DNA of 37,053 nt from Thermoanaerobaculales bacterium (lineage in GTDB: Bacteria > Acidobacteriota > Thermoanaerobaculia > Thermoanaerobaculales > Sulfomarinibacteraceae): assembly GCA_025456385.1 (NCBI GenBank), contig JALOKS010000006.1, forward strand, positions 1-37,053, in the 5' to 3' direction. Positions 1 to 10,205 of the stretch are shown in pieces (position 1 is the first letter of the stretch; each line of letters opens with the position of its first letter). The translations under genes and the position numbers were made by a program. The notes below the pieces were generated by a model. It ran no database searches. It saw nothing but the letters and a program-made list of their open reading frames with translations, and was not told where the DNA came from.

Positions 1-86
1 AGTTATTGCAAATAAATGAGTTAATGTTTAGAGGGCGGAGCCGGGGTGGTTGACAGAAGTGCTTGCGTTTACATTGCCTTAACGAG

Positions 87-119
87 ATTTCCGCAGTTCT
101 TTCCACAGGCTTTTCCACA
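87..119 (+). promoter_or_regulatory. Three DnaA-box-like 9-mers at 12-bp period
   Basis: ATTTCCGCA (87-95), CTTTCCACA (99-107), TTTTCCACA (111-119) vs consensus TTWTNCACA (2, 1 and 0 mismatches); AT-rich tract at 1-30. Confidence 0.45.
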
Positions 120-135
120 GCCGCCGCGACCTGCC

Positions 136-747
136 TCAGCCGTCGGGGTAGGGCTCCTCCCAGTCGCACCGGCCGGGCCGCAGGATGCGCGCATCGGGCC
201 CGCAGAGATCGATCAGCGTGCTCGCCGGGCCGCCCGCGGTGGCGCCGCCGTCGAGCGCGATCTCCGGCGCGCCGACCAGAAAGCGCAGTGCCTCGTCGAC
301 GGTCGTGCTCGGCGGCCGGCCGTGGCGATTCGCCGAGGTCCCGGTCAGTGGGCCGACCCGGTACATCAGCGCCCGCAGCTCGCGGTGGGCGGGAATCCTC
401 ACCGCCAGGGTGCCGGCGCTCGCGGCCGCGATCGGCTCCCGCGCCTCGAGCACCACCGTGAGGGCCGCCGGCCACAACCGCGACAGCCTCACCCGCCAGC
501 GCTCGGGCACCACGACCAGGGCCTCGAGCTGCTGCCAGTCGGCGCACAGCACCGGCAGGCCGAGCTCCGGGGGCCGGTCCTTGAGGGCGCGCACCCGCGC
601 GACGGCGGCAGCGGAGCGGGGGTCCGCCGCGAGACCGTAGAAGCTCTCGCTCGGGACCAGGACCACCCCGCCGGCCGCCACCACCTCGAGGGTCGGCGCG
701 ACCGCGGCCGCGACCTCGGCGGGCGCGATGAACGCGAGCCTCCTCAT
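136..747 (-). CDS. tsaC: L-threonylcarbamoyladenylate synthase (Sua5/YrdC family)
   Basis: C-terminal 203 aa of ORF 136..2457: PSESFYGLAAD, LKDRP, LAVRIP, GTSANRHG, ASTLID motifs; ATG overlaps the recN stop (ATGA). Confidence 0.9.
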   Translation of the reverse strand: MRRLAFIAPAEVAAAVAPTLEVVAAGGVVLVPSESFYGLAADPRSAAAVARVRALKDRPPELGLPVLCADWQQLEALVVVPERWRVRLSRLWPAALTVVLEAREPIAAASAGTLAVRIPAHRELRALMYRVGPLTGTSANRHGRPPSTTVDEALRFLVGAPEIALDGGATAGGPASTLIDLCGPDARILRPGRCDWEEPYPDG

Positions 748-2447
748 GTCCCTCCGAGCAGCGCCCGGGCGTGGGCGAGGGCGGTCGCGGTGAGCTCGTC
801 GCCGGCGAGCATGCGCGCCACCTCGGCCTCGCGCTGCGCCGGGGCCAGGGCGCTCACCCGGGTGACGGCGCGGCCGCGCGTGACGACCTTCTCGACCCGA
901 AGGTGGGCGGCGGCGCGCGCCGCCACCTGCGGCAGGTGGGTGACGACCAGGACCTGGTCGACCGTCGCCAGGTCGGCGAGGAGCTCGGCGAGGGCCGCCG
1001 CGGCCGCGCCTCCCAGCCCCGAGTCGACCTCGTCGAAGAGCAGGGTCATGCCCGCCGCCTCGTGACGGCCGCGCAGCACGGTGCGCAGCGCGAGGTGGAC
1101 CCGCGACAGCTCGCCGCCCGAGGCGATGCGCGCGAGCGGGCGCGGCTCCTCGCCCGGGTTGGCGGCGAGCAGGAGCGCGCACTCCTCGACTCCCTCCGCG
1201 TCGAAGGCGACCGCCTGCCCGCCCCGCCGCAGGGGGCTCGACGCGTCCGCCCGCGGCCGCCACTCGAACTCGAGCCGGGTTCCGCCCATCGCCAGCCGGC
1301 CGAGGACCTCGGCGACCGCCGCCGCGAGCTCGCCGCCGGCGCGGGCGCGGGCGGCATCGAGCGCGGCCGCTGCGCGGTCGTAGTCGGCGAGGGCGCGCGC
1401 CGCCGCGGCCGCGGCCTCGCCCACCCTCTCCTCGACCGACTCGAGCTCCCGGCGCTCGTTCAGCAGGCGGTCCTGGCGGGCCAGCACCTCGGCGAGGGTC
1501 GCGCCGTAGCGCAGCATCAGCTGCTCGAGGAGGTGGAGACGGGACTCCACCTCGTCGAGGTCGTCGGGGTCGTCGTCCGGTCGGGCGACCGCCGCCTGCA
1601 GCTCGCGCACCACCTCCTCGACCTGGACCCGCGCCTCGGCGAGGCGCTCGATGCTCGGCGCCAGAGGCAGGCCGCACTCGACGAGGGTCTCGAGCTCGCG
1701 CTCGGAGCGGGCGAGCCCGTCGACGACCGCCCTCTCGCCGTCGCTGAGCCGTCCGAGCAGGGAGGCCGAGAGCTCGGCGATCCGCGCCGCGTGCCGCAGC
1801 ACCAGCCGGCGGCGGCGGAGATCCTCGTCCTCGCCGTCGCGCGGCGCGGCGGCCCCGATCTCGCCGAGCTGGAAGCCGATGACCGCGAGGCGCTCGTGCC
1901 GCGTGGCCTCCGCCGCGCGCAGCCGGGCGAGCTCGGCGGCGGCGGTCTGCCAGGCCGCGAATCGCTCGGCGGTCGCAGCCCGCAGCGCGTCGTGGCCGCC
2001 GAAGTCGTCGACCAGCCGGCGCTGGACCGCGGGGTCGGCAAGCCCGTGCTGCTCGTGCTGGCCGTGGATCGCGATCAGGTGGGGCGCCGTCCGCTGCAGG
2101 GCGCCGGCCGTCACCACGGTGTCGTTGATCCAGCAGCGGCTGCGCCCGCCCTCGCTGAGCTCCCGCCGCAGCACCAGCTCCTCGCCGGCGGGGACGCCGA
2201 GCTCCGCGAGGAGGTCGGCGAGCCCCGGGCAGGCCCGGGCCACGAAGACCCCCTCGACCTGAAGCCTCTCGTCGCCCGAGCGCACGAGGTCGGTCTGAGC
2301 GCGCTGCCCGCCGAGCAGCTTCAGGGACTCGACCAGCAGCGACTTGCCCGCCCCGGTCTCGCCGGTGAGGGCGACGAAGCCGTCCTCGAGCTCGAGCTTC
2401 ACCGCGTCGATGATGCCGAGGCTGCGGACCGAGAGCCTCTCGAGCAT
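744..2447 (-). CDS. recN: DNA repair protein RecN
   Basis: MLERLSVRSLGII start, Walker A LTGETGAGKS, IHGQHEQ, ASGGELSR signature, FDEVDSG Walker B, VTHLPQVAA; 567 aa. Confidence 0.97.
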   Translation of the reverse strand: MLERLSVRSLGIIDAVKLELEDGFVALTGETGAGKSLLVESLKLLGGQRAQTDLVRSGDERLQVEGVFVARACPGLADLLAELGVPAGEELVLRRELSEGGRSRCWINDTVVTAGALQRTAPHLIAIHGQHEQHGLADPAVQRRLVDDFGGHDALRAATAERFAAWQTAAAELARLRAAEATRHERLAVIGFQLGEIGAAAPRDGEDEDLRRRRLVLRHAARIAELSASLLGRLSDGERAVVDGLARSERELETLVECGLPLAPSIERLAEARVQVEEVVRELQAAVARPDDDPDDLDEVESRLHLLEQLMLRYGATLAEVLARQDRLLNERRELESVEERVGEAAAAAARALADYDRAAAALDAARARAGGELAAAVAEVLGRLAMGGTRLEFEWRPRADASSPLRRGGQAVAFDAEGVEECALLLAANPGEEPRPLARIASGGELSRVHLALRTVLRGRHEAAGMTLLFDEVDSGLGGAAAAALAELLADLATVDQVLVVTHLPQVAARAAAHLRVEKVVTRGRAVTRVSALAPAQREAEVARMLAGDELTATALAHARALLGGT

Positions 2448-2535
2448 GCCGGCACATGCTAGCCCGCCCGGCCCTGCGGCGCCACCGCCCGGGTTACAAT
2501 CGGCCGACCGCCAGCGCGTCCAAGGGAGGCCCGCC

Positions 2536-3676
<1,141 letters not shown>

Positions 3677-3681
3677 CGGAG

Positions 3682-4512
3682 TTACAGATCCCGGCGCGCC
3701 TTCGCCGCGGCCAGTGTGTTCGCCATCAGCATGGCGATGGTCAGCGGGCCGACGCCCCCGGGCACCGGCGTGATCCGCGAGGCCTTCGCGGTCTCGCGGT
3801 CGCCCACCCGGTGCATGCCGACGTCGACCACCACCGCGCCCTCCGCCACGTGCTCGGGCCCGATCAGCGCACACACCCCGGCGGCGGCGATCAGGACCTC
3901 GGCCTCGCGGGTGACGGCCGCGAGGTCGCGGGTGCGCGAGTGGCAGATGGTCACCGTCGCGTGCGCGTGCAGGAGCATCACGGCCATCGGCTTGCCGACG
4001 ATGTCGGAGCGGCCGACGACCACCGCCCGGCGGCCCGCGAGCGCGATGCCTTCGCGCTCGAGCAGCTCCATGATGCCGGCGGGGGTGCAGGGGCGGAGCG
4101 CGGGCCGATTCTGCTGCAGCAGCCCGACGTTCATGGGGTGGAAGCCGTCGACGTCCTTCGCCGGGTCGACGCGGCGCAGGATCGCCGCGGTGTCGAGCTG
4201 GCGCGGCAGCGGCAGCTGGACGAGGATGCCGTCGACCTCCGGGTCGGCGTTGAGGCGGTCGACGAGGGCCTCGAGCTCGTCTTGGCGGGTCGCCGCCGGC
4301 AGGCGGTGGGTCTCGGAGCGCATGCCGAGCTCGGCCGAGGTCCTCGCCTTGGAGCCGACGTAGACCTCGGAGGCGGGGTCCCCGCCCACCAGCACCGCAT
4401 CAAGCCGCGGCACGACCGCGCGCGCCGCGAGCTCGGCCACCGCGGCCGCGACCTCGGCGCGGATGGCCGCCGCGACCCGGGACCCGTCGAGGATGCGCTG
4501 GTCATCGCTCAT
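3682..4512 (-). CDS. folD: Bifunctional methylenetetrahydrofolate dehydrogenase/cyclohydrolase, with an apparent short in-frame deletion near the C-terminus
   Basis: YVGSK, GILVQLPLP, KDVDGFHP, PCTPAG, GRSDIVGKP, TPVPGGVGPLT; the stretch between DVG and TPVPGG is unusually short. Confidence 0.95.
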   Translation of the reverse strand: MSDDQRILDGSRVAAAIRAEVAAAVAELAARAVVPRLDAVLVGGDPASEVYVGSKARTSAELGMRSETHRLPAATRQDELEALVDRLNADPEVDGILVQLPLPRQLDTAAILRRVDPAKDVDGFHPMNVGLLQQNRPALRPCTPAGIMELLEREGIALAGRRAVVVGRSDIVGKPMAVMLLHAHATVTICHSRTRDLAAVTREAEVLIAAAGVCALIGPEHVAEGAVVVDVGMHRVGDRETAKASRITPVPGGVGPLTIAMLMANTLAAAKARRDL

Positions 4513-5216
4513 GGTGTCTCCCGCGGCGGGCGCCGGCCCTCGTAGAGGGCGGCGACGCCGCCGGTCAACGGCCGCGCGCCGACCTCGACCAGGCCGGCCG
4601 CCTCGAGGCTGCGGCAGAGCGCCGCCCCCTCGGGAAAGGTGCTGACCGAGGCCGGCAGGTAGCTGTAGGCCTCGAGGTCGCCCGACAGCAGCCGGCCCAG
4701 CCGCGGCGGCACGGTGCGGACCCACCAGCCGAGCGCCGGCGCGAGCGGCCCGCGCGGCCGCGCGAACTCGAGCACCAGCAGCGCGCCGCCCGGCCGCAGC
4801 ACCCGCACGAGCTCGCGCAGGCCTGCGTCGAGGGCCTCGAAGTTGCGCACGCCGAAGGCCACCGTCACCGCGTCCACCGTCGCATCGGCGAAGGGCAGGC
4901 GCAGGGCGTCGGCCGCGCACAGGGGCAGCGCCCGGCCGCGGCGACCGGCCTTGCGGCGGGCGAGCGCGAGCATCGGCAGGCAGAAGTCCGCTCCCACCAC
5001 CGGGGCCGCGAGGGCGAGCGCGAGATCGCCGGTGCCGGTGCAGACATCGAGGACCAGGGCCGGCTCGTGGGCCGCCACCCGCCGCGCGACCACACGGCGC
5101 CAGGCCACGTCCCGGCCCAAGGACAGCAGCCGGTTGAGGAGGTCGTAGCGGCCCGCGATGCGAGCGAACATGGTCCGGATCTCGGACGACTGCTTGCTCA
5201 GGAGCTCGCGCCGCAT
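4509..5216 (-). CDS. ubiE: UbiE/MenG family quinone C-methyltransferase
   Basis: MFARIAGRYDLLNRLLSLG, LDVCTGTGD, VAFGVRN, AYSYLPAS. Confidence 0.92.
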   Translation of the reverse strand: MRRELLSKQSSEIRTMFARIAGRYDLLNRLLSLGRDVAWRRVVARRVAAHEPALVLDVCTGTGDLALALAAPVVGADFCLPMLALARRKAGRRGRALPLCAADALRLPFADATVDAVTVAFGVRNFEALDAGLRELVRVLRPGGALLVLEFARPRGPLAPALGWWVRTVPPRLGRLLSGDLEAYSYLPASVSTFPEGAALCRSLEAAGLVEVGARPLTGGVAALYEGRRPPRETP

Positions 5217-5258
5217 GGCGCGCAGGGTACCACGCCCGACCCGTCCGACTCTGACAGG

Positions 5259-5303
5259 TTAAACGTCTGAACGTTCAACGTTTCAACGTTCAACGTTCAA
5301 ACG
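5259..5303. repeat. Heptamer-based tandem repeat (TTCAACG) with alternating 7/8-nt units, 6 units
   Basis: ttaaacg tctgaacg ttcaacg tttcaacg ttcaacg ttcaaacg; contains the rdgB stop. Confidence 0.9.
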
Positions 5304-5851
5304 CTTTCGAGGGCGGCGCGCAACGCGTCGAAGGCCCGCCGGCGGTGGGAGATGGCGTTCTTGTCGTCATCGCTCATCTCCCCGAAGCTGCGGCCGCCCG
5401 CGCCCTCGGGCACGAAGACGCTGTCCCAGCCGAAGCCCTGCCGGCCGCGCGGGGCGGCGGCGATGCGGCCCTCGACCACGCCCTCGCCGAAGACCTCCGT
5501 CTCGCCGTCGCTCGCGCACAGCAGGCAGCGCGCGGTGGCCCGCGGATCGCCGAAGGCCTGCGCGATGCGGGCGATGCCGGCGGCGCCGACGCTCGCGAGC
5601 AGCCAGCGCACCAGCGGGCCGGGAAAGCCGCCGAGGCCCGCGAGCTCGAGCGCGGTGTCCTCGACCAGGACCGGGCGCCCGAGCCGGCGGCAGGCCGCCG
5701 CCGCCTTGTCCCGCACCACCTCGCGGAGGTCGAGGGACTGGATCTCGGGCAGGTCGAGAGCGCAGCGCTCGAGCTCGCGGCCGAGCAGCGCCGCCGCCTC
5801 GCGGAGCTTGCCCTCGTTCGAGGTCACGAACACCAGCTCGTCGAGGCGCAT
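5297..5851 (-). CDS. rdgB: Non-canonical purine NTP pyrophosphatase (Ham1/ITPase)
   Basis: FVTSNEGKLRE, VEDTAL, GFPGP, FGWDSVF, KNAISHRRRA. Confidence 0.93.
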   Translation of the reverse strand: MRLDELVFVTSNEGKLREAAALLGRELERCALDLPEIQSLDLREVVRDKAAAACRRLGRPVLVEDTALELAGLGGFPGPLVRWLLASVGAAGIARIAQAFGDPRATARCLLCASDGETEVFGEGVVEGRIAAAPRGRQGFGWDSVFVPEGAGGRSFGEMSDDDKNAISHRRRAFDALRAALESV

Positions 5852-7431
5852 CAGGAGCCGGACCCGACGGCAGCCCGCGACGGCAGGCGCACGGCGAAGA
5901 TCTCGATCGTCCGGCTGAGACCCTTGAGCTGGACCGAGCCGAGCGGCTCGGTCGGGAAGAGCCCGGCGACCGCCGCGTGGGTGCTCTCGCCGAGGACGAT
6001 GGTCCCGGGCTTCGCCACGTGCTCCTCGAGCCGCGCGGTGACGTTGACGGTGTTGCCGAGCACCGTGTAGTCGACGCGCTTCGCGGAGCCGATGTCGCCG
6101 ACCACGACGGGGCCCGAGTTGACCGCCACCCGGACCTCGATCCGGTCGAGGCCCTCGGCCGCCCGTTCGGCGTTCCAGCGATCGAGGGCCTCGAGCAGCT
6201 CGACGGCCGAGCGCACCGCGCGCTCCGCGTGGTCCTCCTGCGGCAGCGGCGCGCCGAAGAAGGCCATGACCGCGTCGCCGATGAACTTGTCGAGGGTGCC
6301 TCCGTACTTGAAGATCACGTCGGCGGCGAGCGAGAAGAACTGGTTCAGGAAGAGGGCGACGTCCTGCGGCGGCAGGCTCTCGCAGCGCGCGGTGAAGCCG
6401 ACGATGTCGGCGAAGAGGATCGATGTCTCGCGCAGGGTCACCGACGCGCGGTCGGCCCCGGAGTCCGAGAGCACGGCCTCGATCACCGCCGGCGAGTGGT
6501 AGCGCTCGAGGCGGTCGCGCGCCTGGCGCTCGCGGCGGATGCGGTCGTTGAGGCGGGCGCGCTCGATCGCCACCGCGGCGTAGTTGGCGAGCGCCGTCAG
6601 CAGGTCGAGGTCGGAGGTCGAGAACGAGCCGACGTGCAGCGGCGAGTCGACGTAGATGGCGCCGATGACCCGCTCGCGGTGCCACAGCGGCGCGCACATC
6701 GCGGAGCGGATCTGGTGGATGCGGACGCTGCGCCCGGCCTCGAAGCGCTGGTCGGCCTGGGCGTCATGGGTCAGGATCGCGACCTGCTGGTGCGTGACCA
6801 TGTCGAGGATGGTGCGCGAGATCGGCACCTCGACCTCGCCTCCGGTCGGCGACTCGCGCACCCGGTTGAGCTCGAGCTTCGGCTCGCCGTCCTCGTCGAA
6901 GAGAACGATGAAGCCGCGGTCGACCAGGAGGTGGTCGAAGACCAGGTCCATGACCTTCTCGAGAACCGGCTCGAGCTCCTCGACCTGGATCAGCACCTTG
7001 GCGACCTGGGCGAGGATCTCGAACACCCGCTCGCGGGGGCCGACCTCCTTCGAGATCTCCTGCGGCTTGCCCTCGAGGCCGTAGTCCTGGTTGAACTCGG
7101 ACAGCGGCCGCAGGTAGGTGGCCGAGGTCAGGCCGGAGACTTCGGCGGTCGAGGCGTGCTCGACGCTGAGCTCGAAGCTGCCGATGCCGACCACGTCGCC
7201 GGCGGCGAAGGTCCCGGAGCGCACGAAGCTCTCGTTGATCCGGATGCCGTTGGTGGACTCGAGGTCGACGATCGTGTACACCCCGCCCTGCTGCTCCACG
7301 CGCGCGTGGTGGCGGGAGACCGAGAAGTCCCGCAGAACGACGTCGTTGTCGCTCGAACGCCCGAGCGACAGCCCGTCCCGCACCGGGACGCGGTGGGCGT
7401 GGCCGCCGTCCTCGTACACGAACTCCAACAT
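5851..7431 (-). CDS. FHA-GAF-class III adenylate cyclase
   Basis: FHA (LGRSSDNDV, VSRHHA, DLESTNG), GAF (IRSAMCAPL, GAIYVD), catalytic domain FADIVGFT, DKFIGDAVMA, DYTVLGNTVNVTARLE; the Lys/Asp pair indicates ATP specificity. Confidence 0.92.
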   Translation of the reverse strand: MLEFVYEDGGHAHRVPVRDGLSLGRSSDNDVVLRDFSVSRHHARVEQQGGVYTIVDLESTNGIRINESFVRSGTFAAGDVVGIGSFELSVEHASTAEVSGLTSATYLRPLSEFNQDYGLEGKPQEISKEVGPRERVFEILAQVAKVLIQVEELEPVLEKVMDLVFDHLLVDRGFIVLFDEDGEPKLELNRVRESPTGGEVEVPISRTILDMVTHQQVAILTHDAQADQRFEAGRSVRIHQIRSAMCAPLWHRERVIGAIYVDSPLHVGSFSTSDLDLLTALANYAAVAIERARLNDRIRRERQARDRLERYHSPAVIEAVLSDSGADRASVTLRETSILFADIVGFTARCESLPPQDVALFLNQFFSLAADVIFKYGGTLDKFIGDAVMAFFGAPLPQEDHAERAVRSAVELLEALDRWNAERAAEGLDRIEVRVAVNSGPVVVGDIGSAKRVDYTVLGNTVNVTARLEEHVAKPGTIVLGESTHAAVAGLFPTEPLGSVQLKGLSRTIEIFAVRLPSRAAVGSGS

Positions 7432-7463
7432 GTGCCCTCATTGTAGCGCTGCCGCGGCGGCGG

Positions 7464-8510
7464 TCAGCGCGCTGCCGGTCTCGGAGCTCCGGCGGCCGTC
7501 AGCGGTCTGAACCACCGCAGGAGCTCGCGCCGCTGGGCCGCGTTGCGCTCGCTGCCGGCGTCGAGGGCCGACAGCTCGAGGAACGGACCGCCGCAGGCGT
7601 AGAGCCGGCGCGCGGCGGGCAGCCCCCACTGCGGGTCGCCCTTGTCGAGGACGTTGACCCAGAGGACGCAGGCCTCGGGGCCCATCGGTTCGACTCCCGC
7701 CGCACCCATCGCCGCCAGGCGCTCGCGCTGCACGGCGACGCCGTCGACGGCGCAGCCTCCCCGCGCCCACCGTTGCAGGGCCGCGTCGAGGCCGGCGAAT
7801 GCCTGCTCGTAGACCTGCGGGCCCCAGCCGTGGTGGCCGCCCTCCGGAATGACGATGAAGCGGCTGAGGCTGAGCGACTCGATCAGCTTGAGGAGCCCGA
7901 TCCGGAGCCCGCGGTCCGCAGCCAGCCGGTAGCCGCCCGCCAGCAGGTCGAGGTCGCCGACGTCGACCACCTTCTCGACCGCCAACAGGCAGTCGGCCGG
8001 CGTCCGCTGCAGGGTCACCGCGTCCCAGCCCGGCAGGCTCGCGCCTCCGTGCGCCAGCGCCGACTGCAGCCACAGCTCGACGAGCGACCGCCGGCGCAGG
8101 GTGCTCGCCACCCAGGCCATCTCCTCGTCGAGCGCCTCCGCCGCACTGGCGTCGACGCCGCCCCTGACGTCCGGCAGGCGGTCCGCGATGAGGTCGCGGT
8201 AGCCGTAGGCGGCGGCCTGACGGAGCCGCTGCGAGGGCGAGCCGACAGCCTCCCGGTAGAGCGGCAGCAACACCGGGTCGTGGAAGGCTGCGCCGCCGAG
8301 CAGGACGCCGAGCCGCTCGTCCTCGGCGAGCGCGCCGGACCGCCACAGCTGCAGGAGCGCGGTCGGGCCGGGCCAGCCGCTCAGCACCTGGCGCTGCAGC
8401 GAGGCGCGGGCGTAGCGGTCGAAGTAGTCGCCCGGAAACCACTGCAGCTCGTCGGCGGCGAGCGGTGATGCCGCCGTCGCCGATGCCAGCACGAGCGCCA
8501 ACACGCCCAT
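7464..8510 (-). CDS. Hypothetical exported protein, possibly HEAT-like helical repeats
   Basis: 348-aa ORF with genome-typical codon use, signal-peptide-like N-terminus, GGAGG upstream; no recognisable family. Confidence 0.7.
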   Translation of the reverse strand: MGVLALVLASATAASPLAADELQWFPGDYFDRYARASLQRQVLSGWPGPTALLQLWRSGALAEDERLGVLLGGAAFHDPVLLPLYREAVGSPSQRLRQAAAYGYRDLIADRLPDVRGGVDASAAEALDEEMAWVASTLRRRSLVELWLQSALAHGGASLPGWDAVTLQRTPADCLLAVEKVVDVGDLDLLAGGYRLAADRGLRIGLLKLIESLSLSRFIVIPEGGHHGWGPQVYEQAFAGLDAALQRWARGGCAVDGVAVQRERLAAMGAAGVEPMGPEACVLWVNVLDKGDPQWGLPAARRLYACGGPFLELSALDAGSERNAAQRRELLRWFRPLTAAGAPRPAAR

Positions 8511-8545
8511 CGCCGCCCCCTCCGTTCCGTGCGAGGATACCCGGG

Positions 8546-9295
8546 ATGAGCGCCCGCATGAAGCTGGTGGTCGCCTACCTCGGGGCGCCCTTCGCGGGTT
8601 GGCAGCGCCAGCGGAACCAGCCGACGGTCCAGGGCGAGCTCGAGCGCGCCCTCGCGCAGGTCACCGGCGGCCGCGCCGGCGCCGTGGTCGGGGCCGGCCG
8701 GACCGACGCCGGCGTCCACGCCGCCGGCCAGGTCGCGCACTGCGACCTGCCGGAGCGGCTGCCCCCCGCGGCCCTGGTGCGGGCCCTCAACGCGGCGCTG
8801 CCGCCGGCGATCCGGGTCCGCGCCGCGGCCCGGGTCGATCCCGGCTTCCACGCGCGGTCGAGCGCGCGGGGCAAGCTCTACACCTTCCGCGCCGGCTGGC
8901 GGGAGCCACTTCTGCCCTGGCTCGGGCTGCGGGTCGCGACGGTGGCGCCGGTCGACCTCGACGCGCTCGGGGCCGCGTTGCGGATCCTGCCGGGCACCCG
9001 CGACTGGGCGTCGTTCACGGTCCCCGAGCCGGGGCCGGACTCGACCGTGCGGACCCTCTTCCGAGTCGATCTCCGCCGTCGGCGAGCGGGCTTCGAGGCC
9101 GACTTCGTCGGCGACGGCTTCCTGCGCTACCAGGTGCGCCGCATGATGGGCGCCGCGCTCGAGGTCGCCGGCGGTCTCCGCAGCCCCGAGGACCTGCGCG
9201 CGCTGGTCGCGGACCCGCGGCCCGGCGCCGCCATCCGCACCGCGGCCGCGGGGGGCCTCTGCCTCGAGCGGGTTTACTATCGGAGCGGACCCTGA
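8546..9295 (+). CDS. truA: tRNA pseudouridine(38-40) synthase
   Basis: AYLGAPFAGWQRQ, AGRTDAGVHAAGQ, FHAR, GFLRYQVRRM, GLCLERVYY. Confidence 0.95.
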   Translation: MSARMKLVVAYLGAPFAGWQRQRNQPTVQGELERALAQVTGGRAGAVVGAGRTDAGVHAAGQVAHCDLPERLPPAALVRALNAALPPAIRVRAAARVDPGFHARSSARGKLYTFRAGWREPLLPWLGLRVATVAPVDLDALGAALRILPGTRDWASFTVPEPGPDSTVRTLFRVDLRRRRAGFEADFVGDGFLRYQVRRMMGAALEVAGGLRSPEDLRALVADPRPGAAIRTAAAGGLCLERVYYRSGP

Positions 9296-9389
9296 GCCGC
9301 AGCCCCTGAGGCTCGCCCTTCGCGCGCGACGACGACGACCGGGGCCTGCGGTCGCTGTGGTAGACTCCACGATCCTGGTGCTTTGAGTG

Positions 9390-10202
9390 ATGCAACCCCT
9401 CGATGAGATCGCACAGCCCGGGTCGCGCGAGCGCGAGATCCTGGAGCGCCTCGACCCGCACCGGCTGCCACGCCACGTCGCCATCATCATGGACGGCAAC
9501 GGCCGCTGGGCGCAGGCGCGCGGCCTGCCCCGGGTCGAGGGGCACCGGGCCGGCGTGCGGGCGGTTCGCGAGGTGGTCGAGACCGCGGCCCGGCTCGGCC
9601 TCGAGGCGATCACGCTCTACGCCTTCTCGACCGAGAACTGGAAGCGCCCGCGGCACGAGGTCCTCACCCTGATGGCCCTGCTCGAGGAGTACATCGGCCG
9701 CGAGCTCGAGACGATGCGCTCGAACAACCTCCGCTTCCGTCCCATCGGCCGCCTCGACGAGCTCGACCGCTCGGTCCAGAAGGCGCTCGCGCGCGCCGTT
9801 GCCCAGACCGCAGCCTGCACCGGCACCGTCATCCAGATCGCCCTCAACTACTCCGGCCGGCAGGAGCTCACCGAGCTCGTGCGCGCCGCGGTCGCGGAGG
9901 CGCGTCTCGGCGCCGTGGCGGCCGAGGCCGTCGACGAGGCCTGGGTCGAGGCCCGGCTCGCCACCAGCGGGCTTGCGGACCCCGACCTCCTGATCCGCAC
10001 CTCGGGCGAGCAGCGGATCTCGAACTTCCTGCTCTGGCAGCTGGCCTACACGGAGATCGCCTTCAGCCCCGTCCTCTGGCCGGACTTCCGCCAGGCCGAC
10101 CTGCTCGAGGCCCTGGTCGACTACCAGCAGCGCGAGCGGCGTTTCGGCGGCCTCGCTCCGCAGGCCGGGGTGTTGTCAGCGCCCGGCACCGCGCGGGCCT
10201 AG
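9390..10202 (+). CDS. uppS: Undecaprenyl diphosphate synthase
   Basis: HVAIIMDGNGRWA, YAFSTENWKRP, DPDLLIRTSGEQRISNFLLWQ. Confidence 0.97.
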   Translation: MQPLDEIAQPGSREREILERLDPHRLPRHVAIIMDGNGRWAQARGLPRVEGHRAGVRAVREVVETAARLGLEAITLYAFSTENWKRPRHEVLTLMALLEEYIGRELETMRSNNLRFRPIGRLDELDRSVQKALARAVAQTAACTGTVIQIALNYSGRQELTELVRAAVAEARLGAVAAEAVDEAWVEARLATSGLADPDLLIRTSGEQRISNFLLWQLAYTEIAFSPVLWPDFRQADLLEALVDYQQRERRFGGLAPQAGVLSAPGTARA

Positions 10203-10205
10203 GCG

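Noticed and set aside
46-2462. Long overlapping ORFs over tsaC/recN, and similar ones across the window
   Set aside because: Stop-poor shadow frames are expected at this GC content; they carry no motifs
9328-9340. (GAC)4 microsatellite upstream of uppS
   Set aside because: Too short; expected by chance in GC-rich DNA
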